Below, piece after piece: positions 39,230-49,372 of a stretch of DNA of 64,000 nucleotides (positions within the stretch are counted from its first letter, which is position 1; each line of letters starts with the position of its first letter). The DNA is taken from positions 5,512,898-5,576,897 of the forward strand of contig OZ199839.1 of the NCBI GenBank assembly GCA_964304625.1. Reading direction: 5' to 3'. The notes beneath the pieces were generated by a model. The model was not told the origin of the DNA and made no database searches. It saw only the letters and a list, made by a program, of their open reading frames with translations. This stretch comes from Kudoa neothunni. Taxonomy: Eukaryota; Animalia; Cnidaria. The position numbers were made by a program, and so were the translations under genes.

Positions 39230-41902
39230 CTAATCTGAGAATGGATTAGTAACATTCCCCCCGGGGGTGAAAGTTGGCAGAAAGGGTTTCAGATTGTTTC
39301 TATGTGCTGTGACACTTTGTCCATTTAGGTTGATGACGTACGTTGCTGGTCCATGTTGCTTAATGACTGTATAGGGGCCGCTCCATTTATTGTCGAAGGG
39401 GCTATGGTAAATGACGATATCCCCAGATTTAATAATTGAAGCGATCCTCTTGTTATTGTAGTTATGCTTTTTTTTGATTTGATAGTTGGCTTGTGTTTTG
39501 AGGGCTATATTTCTCGCATTATTGAGTCTTTGTTTTAAAGATGATAGGTACGATATTGTAGTAGGGCTTCCACTGATCGGGCTATCTGGGGTAGGTTTAA
39601 GGGAAAAGTTCGGTTTGTGACCAAAGAGTAGTTGGAACGGGCTGAATTTGGTAGATTCGTGTATAAGGGAGTTGTAATGTCCGAGAAGCAGTGGTAGCGA
39701 CGAGTCCCACCTACAGGGATGTTGTAATTTCTTTATCATGTTCTTGAGGGTGCGGTTGAATCTTTCGACTCCGCCGTTCCCTGCTGGATGATAGAGTGTT
39801 GTATGTGTTAATTTAATACCGAATTGATTGCAAACATATTTAATTATATCAGAAAGGAAGTTTTTTCCATTATCACTGTGTATTTGTGTAGGCTTCCCGA
39901 ATTTCATTATAACCTCTTGCAAGAGGACGTTGCAGAGTGTTTCGCTTTTTGTATCACTGAGGGGGACGGCTATGGCATACTTTGTAAATAAGTCAACACA
40001 GCATAGTATGTAACGGTTTAGATTTGGAGTTTGTTGGAGAGGACCGATTATATCCCATTCCATTATCTCAAAGGGGTATTTCGCGTGTATTGGTATTAGA
40101 TTAGTCTTGTCACTTGACCAAGGGTTCAGTTGGCAAGTTTTGCATGAACGTACATAGCTATGAGATTCTAATTCGTAACCAGGCCAAAACGCATTGTCGC
40201 GAATATTTGAAAACGTTTTGAAGAAACCAGGATGACCCGACTCATCGTGAAATCGTTTTAGTACTTTCTCGCGTAACGATAGGGGAATGCAGGGCTGAGT
40301 GACGGGACCAGTTTTTAGTTCGAGATTTCTCACAAGTAGATCTTCTTTAATTTCGTATTTCCTCTTTCCTTTATAAGAACCTTTCTTAAGGGCATTGACG
40401 ATGGAGGAAAACTGTTGATCGTTGAGCTGTGCTGTTTTCCAATCTTGTATAGATAGCTTCAAAAAATGAAGGGGTACGACGTCGTTGGTATTTTCGATGG
40501 GTCTAGATAAGTAATCGGCGTCTACATTCTCCTTTCCTCGCTTGTACATAATTTGTAGATTGTAATTTTGGAGAAGAAGAATCCATCGAGCGATGCGACC
40601 ATGAGTATCTTTAATCGATTTTAAGTGAGTGAGTGGATTATGGTCGGTCCAAATTTGTGTGGGCTTACCATAGATATATTGGTGAAACGTTTTTACTGAA
40701 AAAACCAACGCTAACATTTCCTTTTCAAACGTCGAATAACGTAATTCTGCACCTTTAAGTAATCTGCTTGCGTAGCGGATGACACGACGCTTTTCATTGA
40801 TGGTTTGATACAGAACAGCAGCTATGGCATCATCAGATGCATCCGTGTGAATAGCGAAATTAAGATTCAGAATAGGTAGGCTCAATATTGGAGATGTTGT
40901 TAACAATGATTTGAGTTTGGATATGACATTGAGAGATTCATTTGTGAGTTTGAAAGGGGAAATTTTTAGTTGAGTATAGAATGGTTTTGTAATTTCGGAA
41001 AATTTTGGGATATAATCTCTGTAATAGTTTACAAAGCCAATAAATGATTGGAGGCGATTCGCTGTGTTCGGCACAGGAATGTCCATAATTGGTTTGATTC
41101 TTTGTGGATCAAGACATATTCCATCTTGCGATATTACAAAACCAAGGTAACTAATAGATGTTTGTCTAAAGAGGCATTTTTTGTTGTTTGGTTCCCAGTT
41201 GTTTTCTTTTAGTCTATCCAGAATAGCTTTTAAATGTTTTTCATGTTCCGTTTTTGATTTTGAACAAATTAGTATATCATCCAGGTAGACGTGGCAAAAT
41301 TCTCCAAGTAATCCATCAAGTGTACCAGATATTTCTCGTTGAAAAGCAGCAGGTGCGGCAACCAAGCCAAATGGTAGTACATTAAATTCATATTGTCCAA
41401 AAGGAGTGGAGAACGCTATTGCAGATTTGCAATTTTCATGTAAGGGTATTTGCCAAAACCCTGACTTCAAGTCTATCTTCGAGAATATAGTGGATCCAGA
41501 TAGCGACGCAATTATATCTTGAATTAAGGGAATTGGGTAATGTTCCGTAACAATCATTGAGTTTAATTTTCGATAGTCAACGCAGACGCGATGGTCGCCA
41601 TCGGATTTTTTAACAAGTAGTATGGGGGATGAATACGGACTTGTGCTCTTTCGAATAACACCATCAGTTTCCATTTTCGCTATGTGTTCCTTTAGGATAG
41701 GTAACAGACTGAATTGAACTTTTCTCGTAGGAATATGAAATGGTTCATCCTTGAATTTGAAAAGATATGGTTCCACTTTGGCGGACGTACACTTTGAGTT
41801 AGCACTACAGACCTTAGTAGGAAATTCGATGGCGCCATCACTGCAATATATGTTAAGTCCAAATTTAACCAAGAATACATTCGTGAAATAGAGATTGTGC
41901 AA
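39230..41902 (-). CDS. Pol (RT, RNase H, integrase) of Gypsy-4; stop codon lies inside the 3' LTR
   Basis: YLDD, HTDAS, H..SGHPG..C..C, IHSDNG, VERFN, WSGPY. Confidence 0.9.
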   Translation of the reverse strand: MHNLYFTNVFLVKFGLNIYCSDGAIEFPTKVCSANSKCTSAKVEPYLFKFKDEPFHIPTRKVQFSLLPILKEHIAKMETDGVIRKSTSPYSSPILLVKKSDGDHRVCVDYRKLNSMIVTEHYPIPLIQDIIASLSGSTIFSKIDLKSGFWQIPLHENCKSAIAFSTPFGQYEFNVLPFGLVAAPAAFQREISGTLDGLLGEFCHVYLDDILICSKSKTEHEKHLKAILDRLKENNWEPNNKKCLFRQTSISYLGFVISQDGICLDPQRIKPIMDIPVPNTANRLQSFIGFVNYYRDYIPKFSEITKPFYTQLKISPFKLTNESLNVISKLKSLLTTSPILSLPILNLNFAIHTDASDDAIAAVLYQTINEKRRVIRYASRLLKGAELRYSTFEKEMLALVFSVKTFHQYIYGKPTQIWTDHNPLTHLKSIKDTHGRIARWILLLQNYNLQIMYKRGKENVDADYLSRPIENTNDVVPLHFLKLSIQDWKTAQLNDQQFSSIVNALKKGSYKGKRKYEIKEDLLVRNLELKTGPVTQPCIPLSLREKVLKRFHDESGHPGFFKTFSNIRDNAFWPGYELESHSYVRSCKTCQLNPWSSDKTNLIPIHAKYPFEIMEWDIIGPLQQTPNLNRYILCCVDLFTKYAIAVPLSDTKSETLCNVLLQEVIMKFGKPTQIHSDNGKNFLSDIIKYVCNQFGIKLTHTTLYHPAGNGGVERFNRTLKNMIKKLQHPCRWDSSLPLLLGHYNSLIHESTKFSPFQLLFGHKPNFSLKPTPDSPISGSPTTISYLSSLKQRLNNARNIALKTQANYQIKKKHNYNNKRIASIIKSGDIVIYHSPFDNKWSGPYTVIKQHGPATYVINLNGQSVTAHRNNLKPFLPTFTPGGNVTNPFSD

Positions 41903-41912
41903 TCAACATCTT

Positions 41913-42932
41913 TCATGTTACTGTCTTGTTATTCAATGAGAGGGTGATGGGACATTCGCCAATGATTTTCATAGATTTGCCATCTGCAGCGACCAATTTG
42001 GTATTTGTAGGTGCACATTCCAAGGAGATAATATTTTGGCGAAGTAATGACACAGACGAGCCAATGTCTATTAGTGCATTAATCCTCCTACCATTAATTA
42101 ATATAGAAATTGTAAATTGTTTTGAGAGCTTGCAATTGCGATTAGAAATAAAACACGAATAATTTGACTCCATATTATTTTCTAATGAAATCGAATCTGA
42201 TTTGTTTATTTTGTAGCAATAAGAGGTAAGGTGGTCCTTCTTTCTATATTTCTTGCAGAAAGCTCTGCCTTCACATTTGGAGGTAGGGTGATTTCTAGAT
42301 CCGCATTTTGAGCATGTTATTACACCATTGTTGAAGGTAGGTTTTTTGACTGCGTGCAGTGAGGGAGTTAGAATTTCCAATTGTTCCTCAACAATTTGAA
42401 TGTACTCCGCTATGTCGCGTGGACTAGCTGAGACAATTATACGGCGGATGTTTATATCAAGACTTTGTGAGCAGTGAGCGATGACAAGTGATGTTACCGT
42501 AGCATCGTCTATAGAGGGTAGGGCTTTACGCAGGAGATCATTCGCATGATAACAATATTTGACGAAAGAAGTGCTATCATCCCAAAAGCTGCTTTGGAAG
42601 TCTTGTAATCTCCTAGCCGGGGAGGGCGTTACTGTGTACGTTTCCTTCAGCATTGAAACCATGGATTCGAAGCCATCTTTTGTCGGCAGGTAAATGTTAG
42701 CTCCTTTTGATTCCAAGAGATCTAATACATTGTCTCCCAGATACAATGGTAAATATTTTGACTTCTCGAGCTCGGTCCAACCTTCCGCTAGTGAGAGTAA
42801 TTGGAATTTTCGATAAAAGTAATCGAAATTGCCCCCAGAGCCGCTAAACTTCGCTAAGAATTTCGAATGGGAACGTGAATCACCCCTGTCACCAGATGTT
42901 ACACTAGCAACGGGCGCCGAAGAGAATGCCAT
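41913..42932 (-). CDS. Gag-protease of Gypsy-4; ATG inside the 5' LTR
   Basis: MAFSSAPVASVTSGDRG...; CSKCGSRNHPTSKC knuckle; LIDIGS. Confidence 0.85.
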   Translation of the reverse strand: MAFSSAPVASVTSGDRGDSRSHSKFLAKFSGSGGNFDYFYRKFQLLSLAEGWTELEKSKYLPLYLGDNVLDLLESKGANIYLPTKDGFESMVSMLKETYTVTPSPARRLQDFQSSFWDDSTSFVKYCYHANDLLRKALPSIDDATVTSLVIAHCSQSLDINIRRIIVSASPRDIAEYIQIVEEQLEILTPSLHAVKKPTFNNGVITCSKCGSRNHPTSKCEGRAFCKKYRKKDHLTSYCYKINKSDSISLENNMESNYSCFISNRNCKLSKQFTISILINGRRINALIDIGSSVSLLRQNIISLECAPTNTKLVAADGKSMKIIGECPITLSLNNKTVT

Positions 42933-45900
42933 TTTTAAATTACCGACCAACAACGATAGATTTCGTCGCTAACACATTAGATGTTGTATTTGTTAATACT
43001 AATCTGAGGATGGATTAGTAACAGCATATTTGGTAAAAAGGTCAACACAGCATAGAGCATAACGGTTTTGGTTAGGTGTAGTACAGAGTGGTCCAATGAT
43101 GTCCCATTCCATAATTTCAAAGGGATGCGTGGATTTAATTGTAACCAAGTCAGATTTGCTGGTAGACCAAGGATTTAGTTGACATTTTGGGCAGCTACGT
43201 ACATAATTTCGAGTTTCAAGTTCATAAACGGGAAAAAATGCATTATCACGTAACTTGGAGAACGTTTTAAAGAAACCTTGGTGACCAGAGTGATCATGGT
43301 ATTCCTCTAGTAACTTTGAGCGTAATGCCAGTGGAATATATAATTGACGAACTACTCGGTCTTTTAGTTTAAGGATTCTAACCAATAGACCTTACAGAAG
43401 GCAATAGTTACGGTTTCCTTTATAGTTACCAGATTTAAGACTTATTATATGAGATAGATGGGGATCATTGGATTGGGCAGTGATCCAAGTGTCGATTGGT
43501 AATGATAGGAAATGGATATTGATGGCGTTGGCATGATGTTCGACTCTTGAGAGAAAATCAGCGTCGATATTCTCAGAACCAGGTTTGTGAAGGATCTCTA
43601 AGTCGTAATTTTGAAGGAATAACAGCCAACGGGATATTCGGCCATGAGTATCTTTAATTGTCTTAAGATGGGTGAGAGGATTGTGATCGGTCCACACTTG
43701 AGTTTTCTTCCCGTAAACATATTGATGGAATGTTTTCAAAGCATGCACTAGAGCTAGGGTCTCTTTTTCAAATGTTGAATAGTTGGTTTCGGATTTCTTC
43801 AATACACGGCTAGCGTATCGGATGACACAACGTCGACCATCGATTTCTTGGTATAATATTGAGGCTATTGCGGTATCCGACGCATCGATGGAAATGGAGA
43901 ATAGGGCCGACAAATCCGGAAAGCAAAGAATTGGTGGAGACGTTAGAAACTTCTTTATGTTGTTGAATTGATCAGTTGCATCTTGAGAAAGTTTAAATGG
44001 GTTCGACGCGACTGCTTCATATAGAGGACGGGATATTTGGGCAAAGTTAGCAATATAGTCTCTATAATAGTTGGCAAAACCAATAAAGGATCGTAAACGT
44101 TTGGGTGTGTTAGGGATGTGGATATTGACGACTGATTTTATTCTATCAGGGTCGAGTGTAACACATTTGTCTTAAATGAGGAAACCAAGATAAGACATTG
44201 AGGCTCTTTTGAAAAGACATTTATTCGTGTTAGGTTTCCACTGATGTCTTTTCAGGCGATCCATTATGGTTTTTAGGTGTTCATCGTTCTCATCGGCACT
44301 TTTTGAGAATATCAAGATGTCGTCCAAGTAGACATGACAAAATTTCCCGAGAAACTCCTTCAGAGTTTCGGATATTGCTCTTTGGAAAGCAGCAGGGGCA
44401 GTGAACAATCCAAAAGGGGAGTACGTTAAATTCGTAATGACCAAATGGTGTTGAAAAGGCTGTGGCATGTTTGCATCTTTCGTCAAGAGGGATTTGCCAG
44501 AATCCTGATTTAAGGTCAATCTTGGAAAAGTATTTTGCGGACGATAGGGTTGAAATAATGTTGTGAATGAGAGGGATTGGATATTGTTCAATAGTGATAT
44601 GGGAGTTAAGTTTTCTAAAGTCGACGCAAAATCTGTATTGGTTGTCTCGCTTCTTCACTAAAATAACAGGAGAATAAGGACTTGAACTCTTGCGAATGAC
44701 TCCATCTTTCAACATATTCTCGATTTGCTCCTTTAATGTAGGAAACAAGATGAAAGGAATTTTCCTGGTGGAAATAAAGAATGGGTTATCAGAGAATTTG
44801 AAGGGGTAGGGCATAACTCTTGCGCTATTGGGCTTATGTGAGATATTACATGTAGAGTTATTTCCAAATGCTAATCTGATAGATCTATCGGTGAATTTGA
44901 TGACGGCTTTGAACTTTGAAAGGAAATCTCTGCCAAGTATACAGTCGGAGACAAGTTTTTGGGCCACCAGCATCGGTCAGTTGAACAAATATCCATTTAT
45001 GCAGAAATTAACTAGACAAGTACCCATAAGTTCCATTTGATTACCTTTTACTGATGTGAGGCTGTCGCCATAAGGTTTGACGGTGTTGTGTATTAGCTTT
45101 CTTTTGATAACGGAAACACTTGATCCTGTATCAATCAGAGCTGTAAAAGATGTATTGTTTATACGAATTGGTATAGTAAATTGCTTAGAAAGATTCAGAT
45201 TTGCAGCAGAAAGAAAACACGAATAATTGGACTCATCAGATAGAGATAGATTAAAGCTAATGTTAGTTACTGTTTTCTGTTTGCATATTATGGAAAGGTG
45301 TCCTCTCTTTTTGCAGGTGGTGCAGAAAGCATTACCTTTGCAGACTTCAGACGTGATTTTTGGAACCGCAATTCTTGCATCTGTAGATCTTTGTCTTCTT
45401 GCGGTGGAACATAGGAGCGGTTGGGTGGGTTGGTATTGCAAGTTGATCTTCGACGACTCTTATCAGTTCAGTGATGGATTTGGGCTTGATAGAAGTAACA
45501 ATTCGGCGGATATTTTCAGGTAGAGTTTTGGTACACTGATCCAATGTTAGCGCTTGAGCCGTTGTTTCGTCTACTGTGGGGAGCGCTCTCTTTCGAAGTA
45601 ACGCAGTCTTATGGCAAAATTCGGCATAAGGTGCGACTCCGTCTCATTCGGCATCATAAAAACTTCTTAGGAAGGCCGTAGACGAGGTAGTAGGACGATA
45701 GGTTTTTTCAAGCAGTTCGATGATGCTGCCAAAGGTTTCTCTAGTGGGACGATAGATGCTAAGGTTATTAGCTTCCAAAAGGTCCACCACGGATTCATCA
45801 AGGTAAAGGAGGATGCCTTGCACACTCGATTTCGTTCCAGTTTGAGGCCGATGATAGGAGCATGAAAGATCGGTGGAATTTGGAAAAATTATCGCCATGG

Positions 45901-46090
45901 CCACTAAACCTTTTCAGGTTGAAAATATGGGGTAATCCAACAACCCTGTCACCAGATGTAACGGCTGCAGCAGACGCGCTATATGAAGGATCCGCCATTT
46001 TATAAACATCCACGTGACTCATAAATAGGATTACTACGTATTGTTTAAGAGCTTGGTTACACACTTTAACATTAATTTTCCCGTGTATTA

Positions 46091-48086
46091 CAGTCGGTGA
46101 CGGAGAAACTTACGAATTATACGTCAGTAACGTCTAATTCGTTATGGCTTTGTGCGCGCGGACGAAAAAAAAATGAAAATTTTGATTTTATTAATTTTTA
46201 AGGATTTCTAAAATAATCTGTTATTTTTGATTGTATTTGAGTTTTTCAATATACTCATACACATATGATTCTAATTTAGCTAATTCATCACCTAAAAAGT
46301 AGCACCAGCACCTTTGAAAAATATTTTCAAATTTTCTACAAAAATTATAGCATCTTTAGAAGTGAATTTAGGCTCCACAGGTTCGTCCTCTACCTCTTCA
46401 GGCTCGCTAACGATTTCCTCGTATTAGATGTTCTCTAAATTATCACATACGGGAAACAAACTTTCTTCGATACCTAATTCATCGACTTCTTCTAGAGATG
46501 TGGAACTATCTGGAGATAAAATTGTATTGGAATTTTCTGGTTCATTTACGGATGTTTTTAAGCCGAAACCAGATTTAGAAAAACAATTAATAATTGTTTC
46601 AGGAACTATTGAATTCCAAGTATCCTTAATAAGAGTCATTGCTTCCCATAAATCTAGAGGTTTTATATCCAGTCCTATTTCTGCACGGAGCGTATATTGC
46701 CTCGTTAAGTTTTTCCGGTATGTTGCCTTAAATGAACGAATAACACCTTGATCCATTGGTTGTAGGACCGATGTGGTGTTTTTGGGGAAAATATACTATT
46801 TGAACGTTGGAGAGTTCCATGTGTTGATGGCAACTTGCATTGTCCATAAAAAGAACAATTTTTTTGTTTCTACTCCTGAAAATACTGTTAAGTTTTAACA
46901 GATAATTTATAAAAATGTTTGCTGTCATCCAGTCTTTCGTGCTGTACTCATAGGGAACTGGAGTAGTATTTATACTTTTAAAGCATCTAGGTCGGGCATA
47001 ATGACCTATCACTAAGAGATCTAGCTTTTCACCATTCATTGAGGCTCCAAGTAGTAATGTAATCCTTTTTTTTGATTTTTACCACGACATTATTTTCAGT
47101 AGCAGAAACGTAACTTTTTCCCATAATAATATAGATAAATACTTACGCAAAAATAATTGATTGTAGAATATTGTATAATTACGATCATAACGAAAAAACA
47201 ATAAAGTACTCATTTTGTGCCCACAAAATAATCATATTGTGGAAATAAAACTATTAACAAAAATTTTTTCATATAATGTATGTAAAAATATCTAATCGAA
47301 ACAAATATACCCATTTTTACGAAAAACTTACGAGGCGTTGATTGATATAACAGCGCGGTCTTGCTGACATTTTATATTTGATCCTCTTTATAATCTTCAA
47401 GAATTTTACTAAGTTGAATCTTCCATTCTGTGATGATTCCTATGGTTACCATGTTAGCATCGCCATGAAAGCTGACTTTTTTTAAATTCAATCTATTTTT
47501 AAAGCTGCGAAACCATCCGTAGCTAACATTTTTAAAATTGTCATCGGAAGCACCGATCTCATTTCTTTTATTAATTATTTCGATGGACGATAATTCGATA
47601 CTTTTCGGCCTCATCCAAATGAACCACTCATAAACACGTTGATCAGCTTCTTCATCTTTTCCTTTCCGCATTGATCTTCGTTGGGATGGAAGAAATTGAT
47701 TCTCAATGCTTGTGTAATTTTAGCCCTTTTTTCTAAAATGCCATTTAATGTTGAAATATAACATATTTTGAAGTGTTTAGTAGTTTCCGTCTTTCTATTT
47801 AAGGGCGGCAAACTATCATAACAATTATGCCATATTCCTCTTGAAGTGTTCTGAATTTGTGAATTCTTTTTTCGGGAATTTAGAAATAATTACGAATTAT
47901 CGGTCAATATTTACCAAAACATGCAACGAATTAGTACGAATTATCGGTTATACACACTTAAACTTTTTATTTTACAAAATAAAAAAATAACTCGTATATT
48001 TAACAACTCATAATAAACGTTATTTGACAAATTTAACCGAATGGATAAGGTTTTAAGGTAAGTTACGAATTAGCGGTCACCTATTG
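46091..48086 (-). mobile_element. Tigger/pogo DNA transposon, decayed
   Basis: TA-flanked imperfect TIRs (CAGTCGGTGAC / GTCACCTATTG); SYGWFRSFKNR, FMDNASCH, MDQGVIRSFK. Confidence 0.88.
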
Positions 48087-49372
48087 TATATAAAGTTGGT
48101 AAAATTGTTTGGGTACTACGCTAAACCTCCCATCTGCAATCCAAATTAACGAATTATTAAGATGCAATATATTAGTTTTGGTCGTAAATATAATCATCCT
48201 AGATTTAGACTGAGAACCAGAGTCATAAACAGCTCTTCGTCCATTTGAATTTTAATTCCTGATTTGGATAGATCAATATTTATCTATATTAATTAAAATA
48301 TTTTTCCACTTTCTTTGTTGTTGAATATTTTTATAAACTGTTTTATTGGGAACAAGGGCTAAATCATGAATATTCGTTGTTCTGATTGCAATTGAGAAAA
48401 CTTCGCTTGTGGAATATTGTGTAGATTGCGATAATGATTTTATTTTTCCAAAAAATTCGGCCCTCTTAATGTCTTTGTTGCTTACAATATGGTTATGAAT
48501 ACCACATTTTTCAATATTCGAAATGTTATCTAATGGAATGGTCGTAAGCCTGTCCCTACAAATCCTCTTTTCACGTCGCCAATATTGCCAGGTGGGTGTA
48601 ACGCAATCCTTAACATAAAACCAACTTTCAATAAGAATTTTAATACTGTCTTTTTGAGTTTTAAAAAGCTTATGATTTAAATTCGAAGGTAACTTGTTAC
48701 TCATATTATTAACTTAACAATAGATTTGATCAAACATAAACGCGCGCATGTACAATAGATAGACGAATTCTCGCCGTGTCGTGTCCTGATTAGGTAACAT
48801 TATATAGCGTATACATCAACAAATTGGATTCATTTTCAAATAGAAAATCATATTTCAACTACTTAAATTGAGTGATTTTACATCGATATAAATAATATCA
48901 ATGTCGGACATTTGAAGCGATTTAGAATTTTGAGTTTACGACAATCATTTATAAGAATCAAATCAATTCAAAAATATTTAAAACACCAAATAATAATTAC
49001 ATAATTAAATTCATTTTTCAATGAAAATAAGACCGATACATCATATTAGAAAATTATTATTGCACAATATGTGGAGCGAATACATTTCCTAATAATCAAA
49101 AATCTCAAAAAAATTTCATTTAAATGTTAAAAAAGTTTGTAAAGAAAATAAAGTAATTACGGCGTTAAATAACAAGAATGATGAGGTTTGGTTTTTCTTA
49201 AGTAGGGCGTTATATCATAGGTTCCTAAAGACCATCGTCTTTTATTTGTTTTAAATTAATATATAATTCATTTTAATAATTTTTTGATCTTTTATAATTT
49301 GAGAAGAATCCCTTAAATAGGTATAAAAAATTTGTTCGGGCCAATAGACACTGCCTTTATTTTTATTGGCGT

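Larger units (their letters stand above)
39128..43023 (-). mobile_element. Gypsy LTR retrotransposon 'Gypsy-4' (inner; 3.9 kb)
   Basis: 127 bp LTRs 39128-39254 and 42897-43023; TSD GCATA; PBS TCTGGTGACAGGGG. Confidence 0.96.
38303..46061 (-). mobile_element. Gypsy LTR retrotransposon 'Gypsy-3' (outer; ~3.86 kb net), frameshifted
   Basis: 105 bp LTRs 38303-38407 and 45957-46061; TSD CACTT; PBS TCTGGTGACAGGG; integrase split by Gypsy-4. Confidence 0.95.
37560..48704 (-). pseudogene. FLYWCH-type MULE transposase relic in three pieces (48087-48704, 46062-46090, ~37560-38302)
   Basis: FLYWCH-like N-terminus; removing the insertions gives WIADGRFSVVPKQFYQLYIIHGKINVKVFPLIYILM; C-terminal LAFVP..YFENTY..FP..WN. 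Confidence 0.82.

Noticed and set aside
1874-45646. Nuclear TGA=Trp recoding, suggested by TGA at several conserved Trp sites (Helitron, Merlin 25211, Gypsy 41913, 44977, 45644)
   Set aside because: The long ORFs and HP1 use TGG throughout; TAG also replaces Trp, and TGA also replaces Arg or Gly codons. Ordinary mutational decay explains it.
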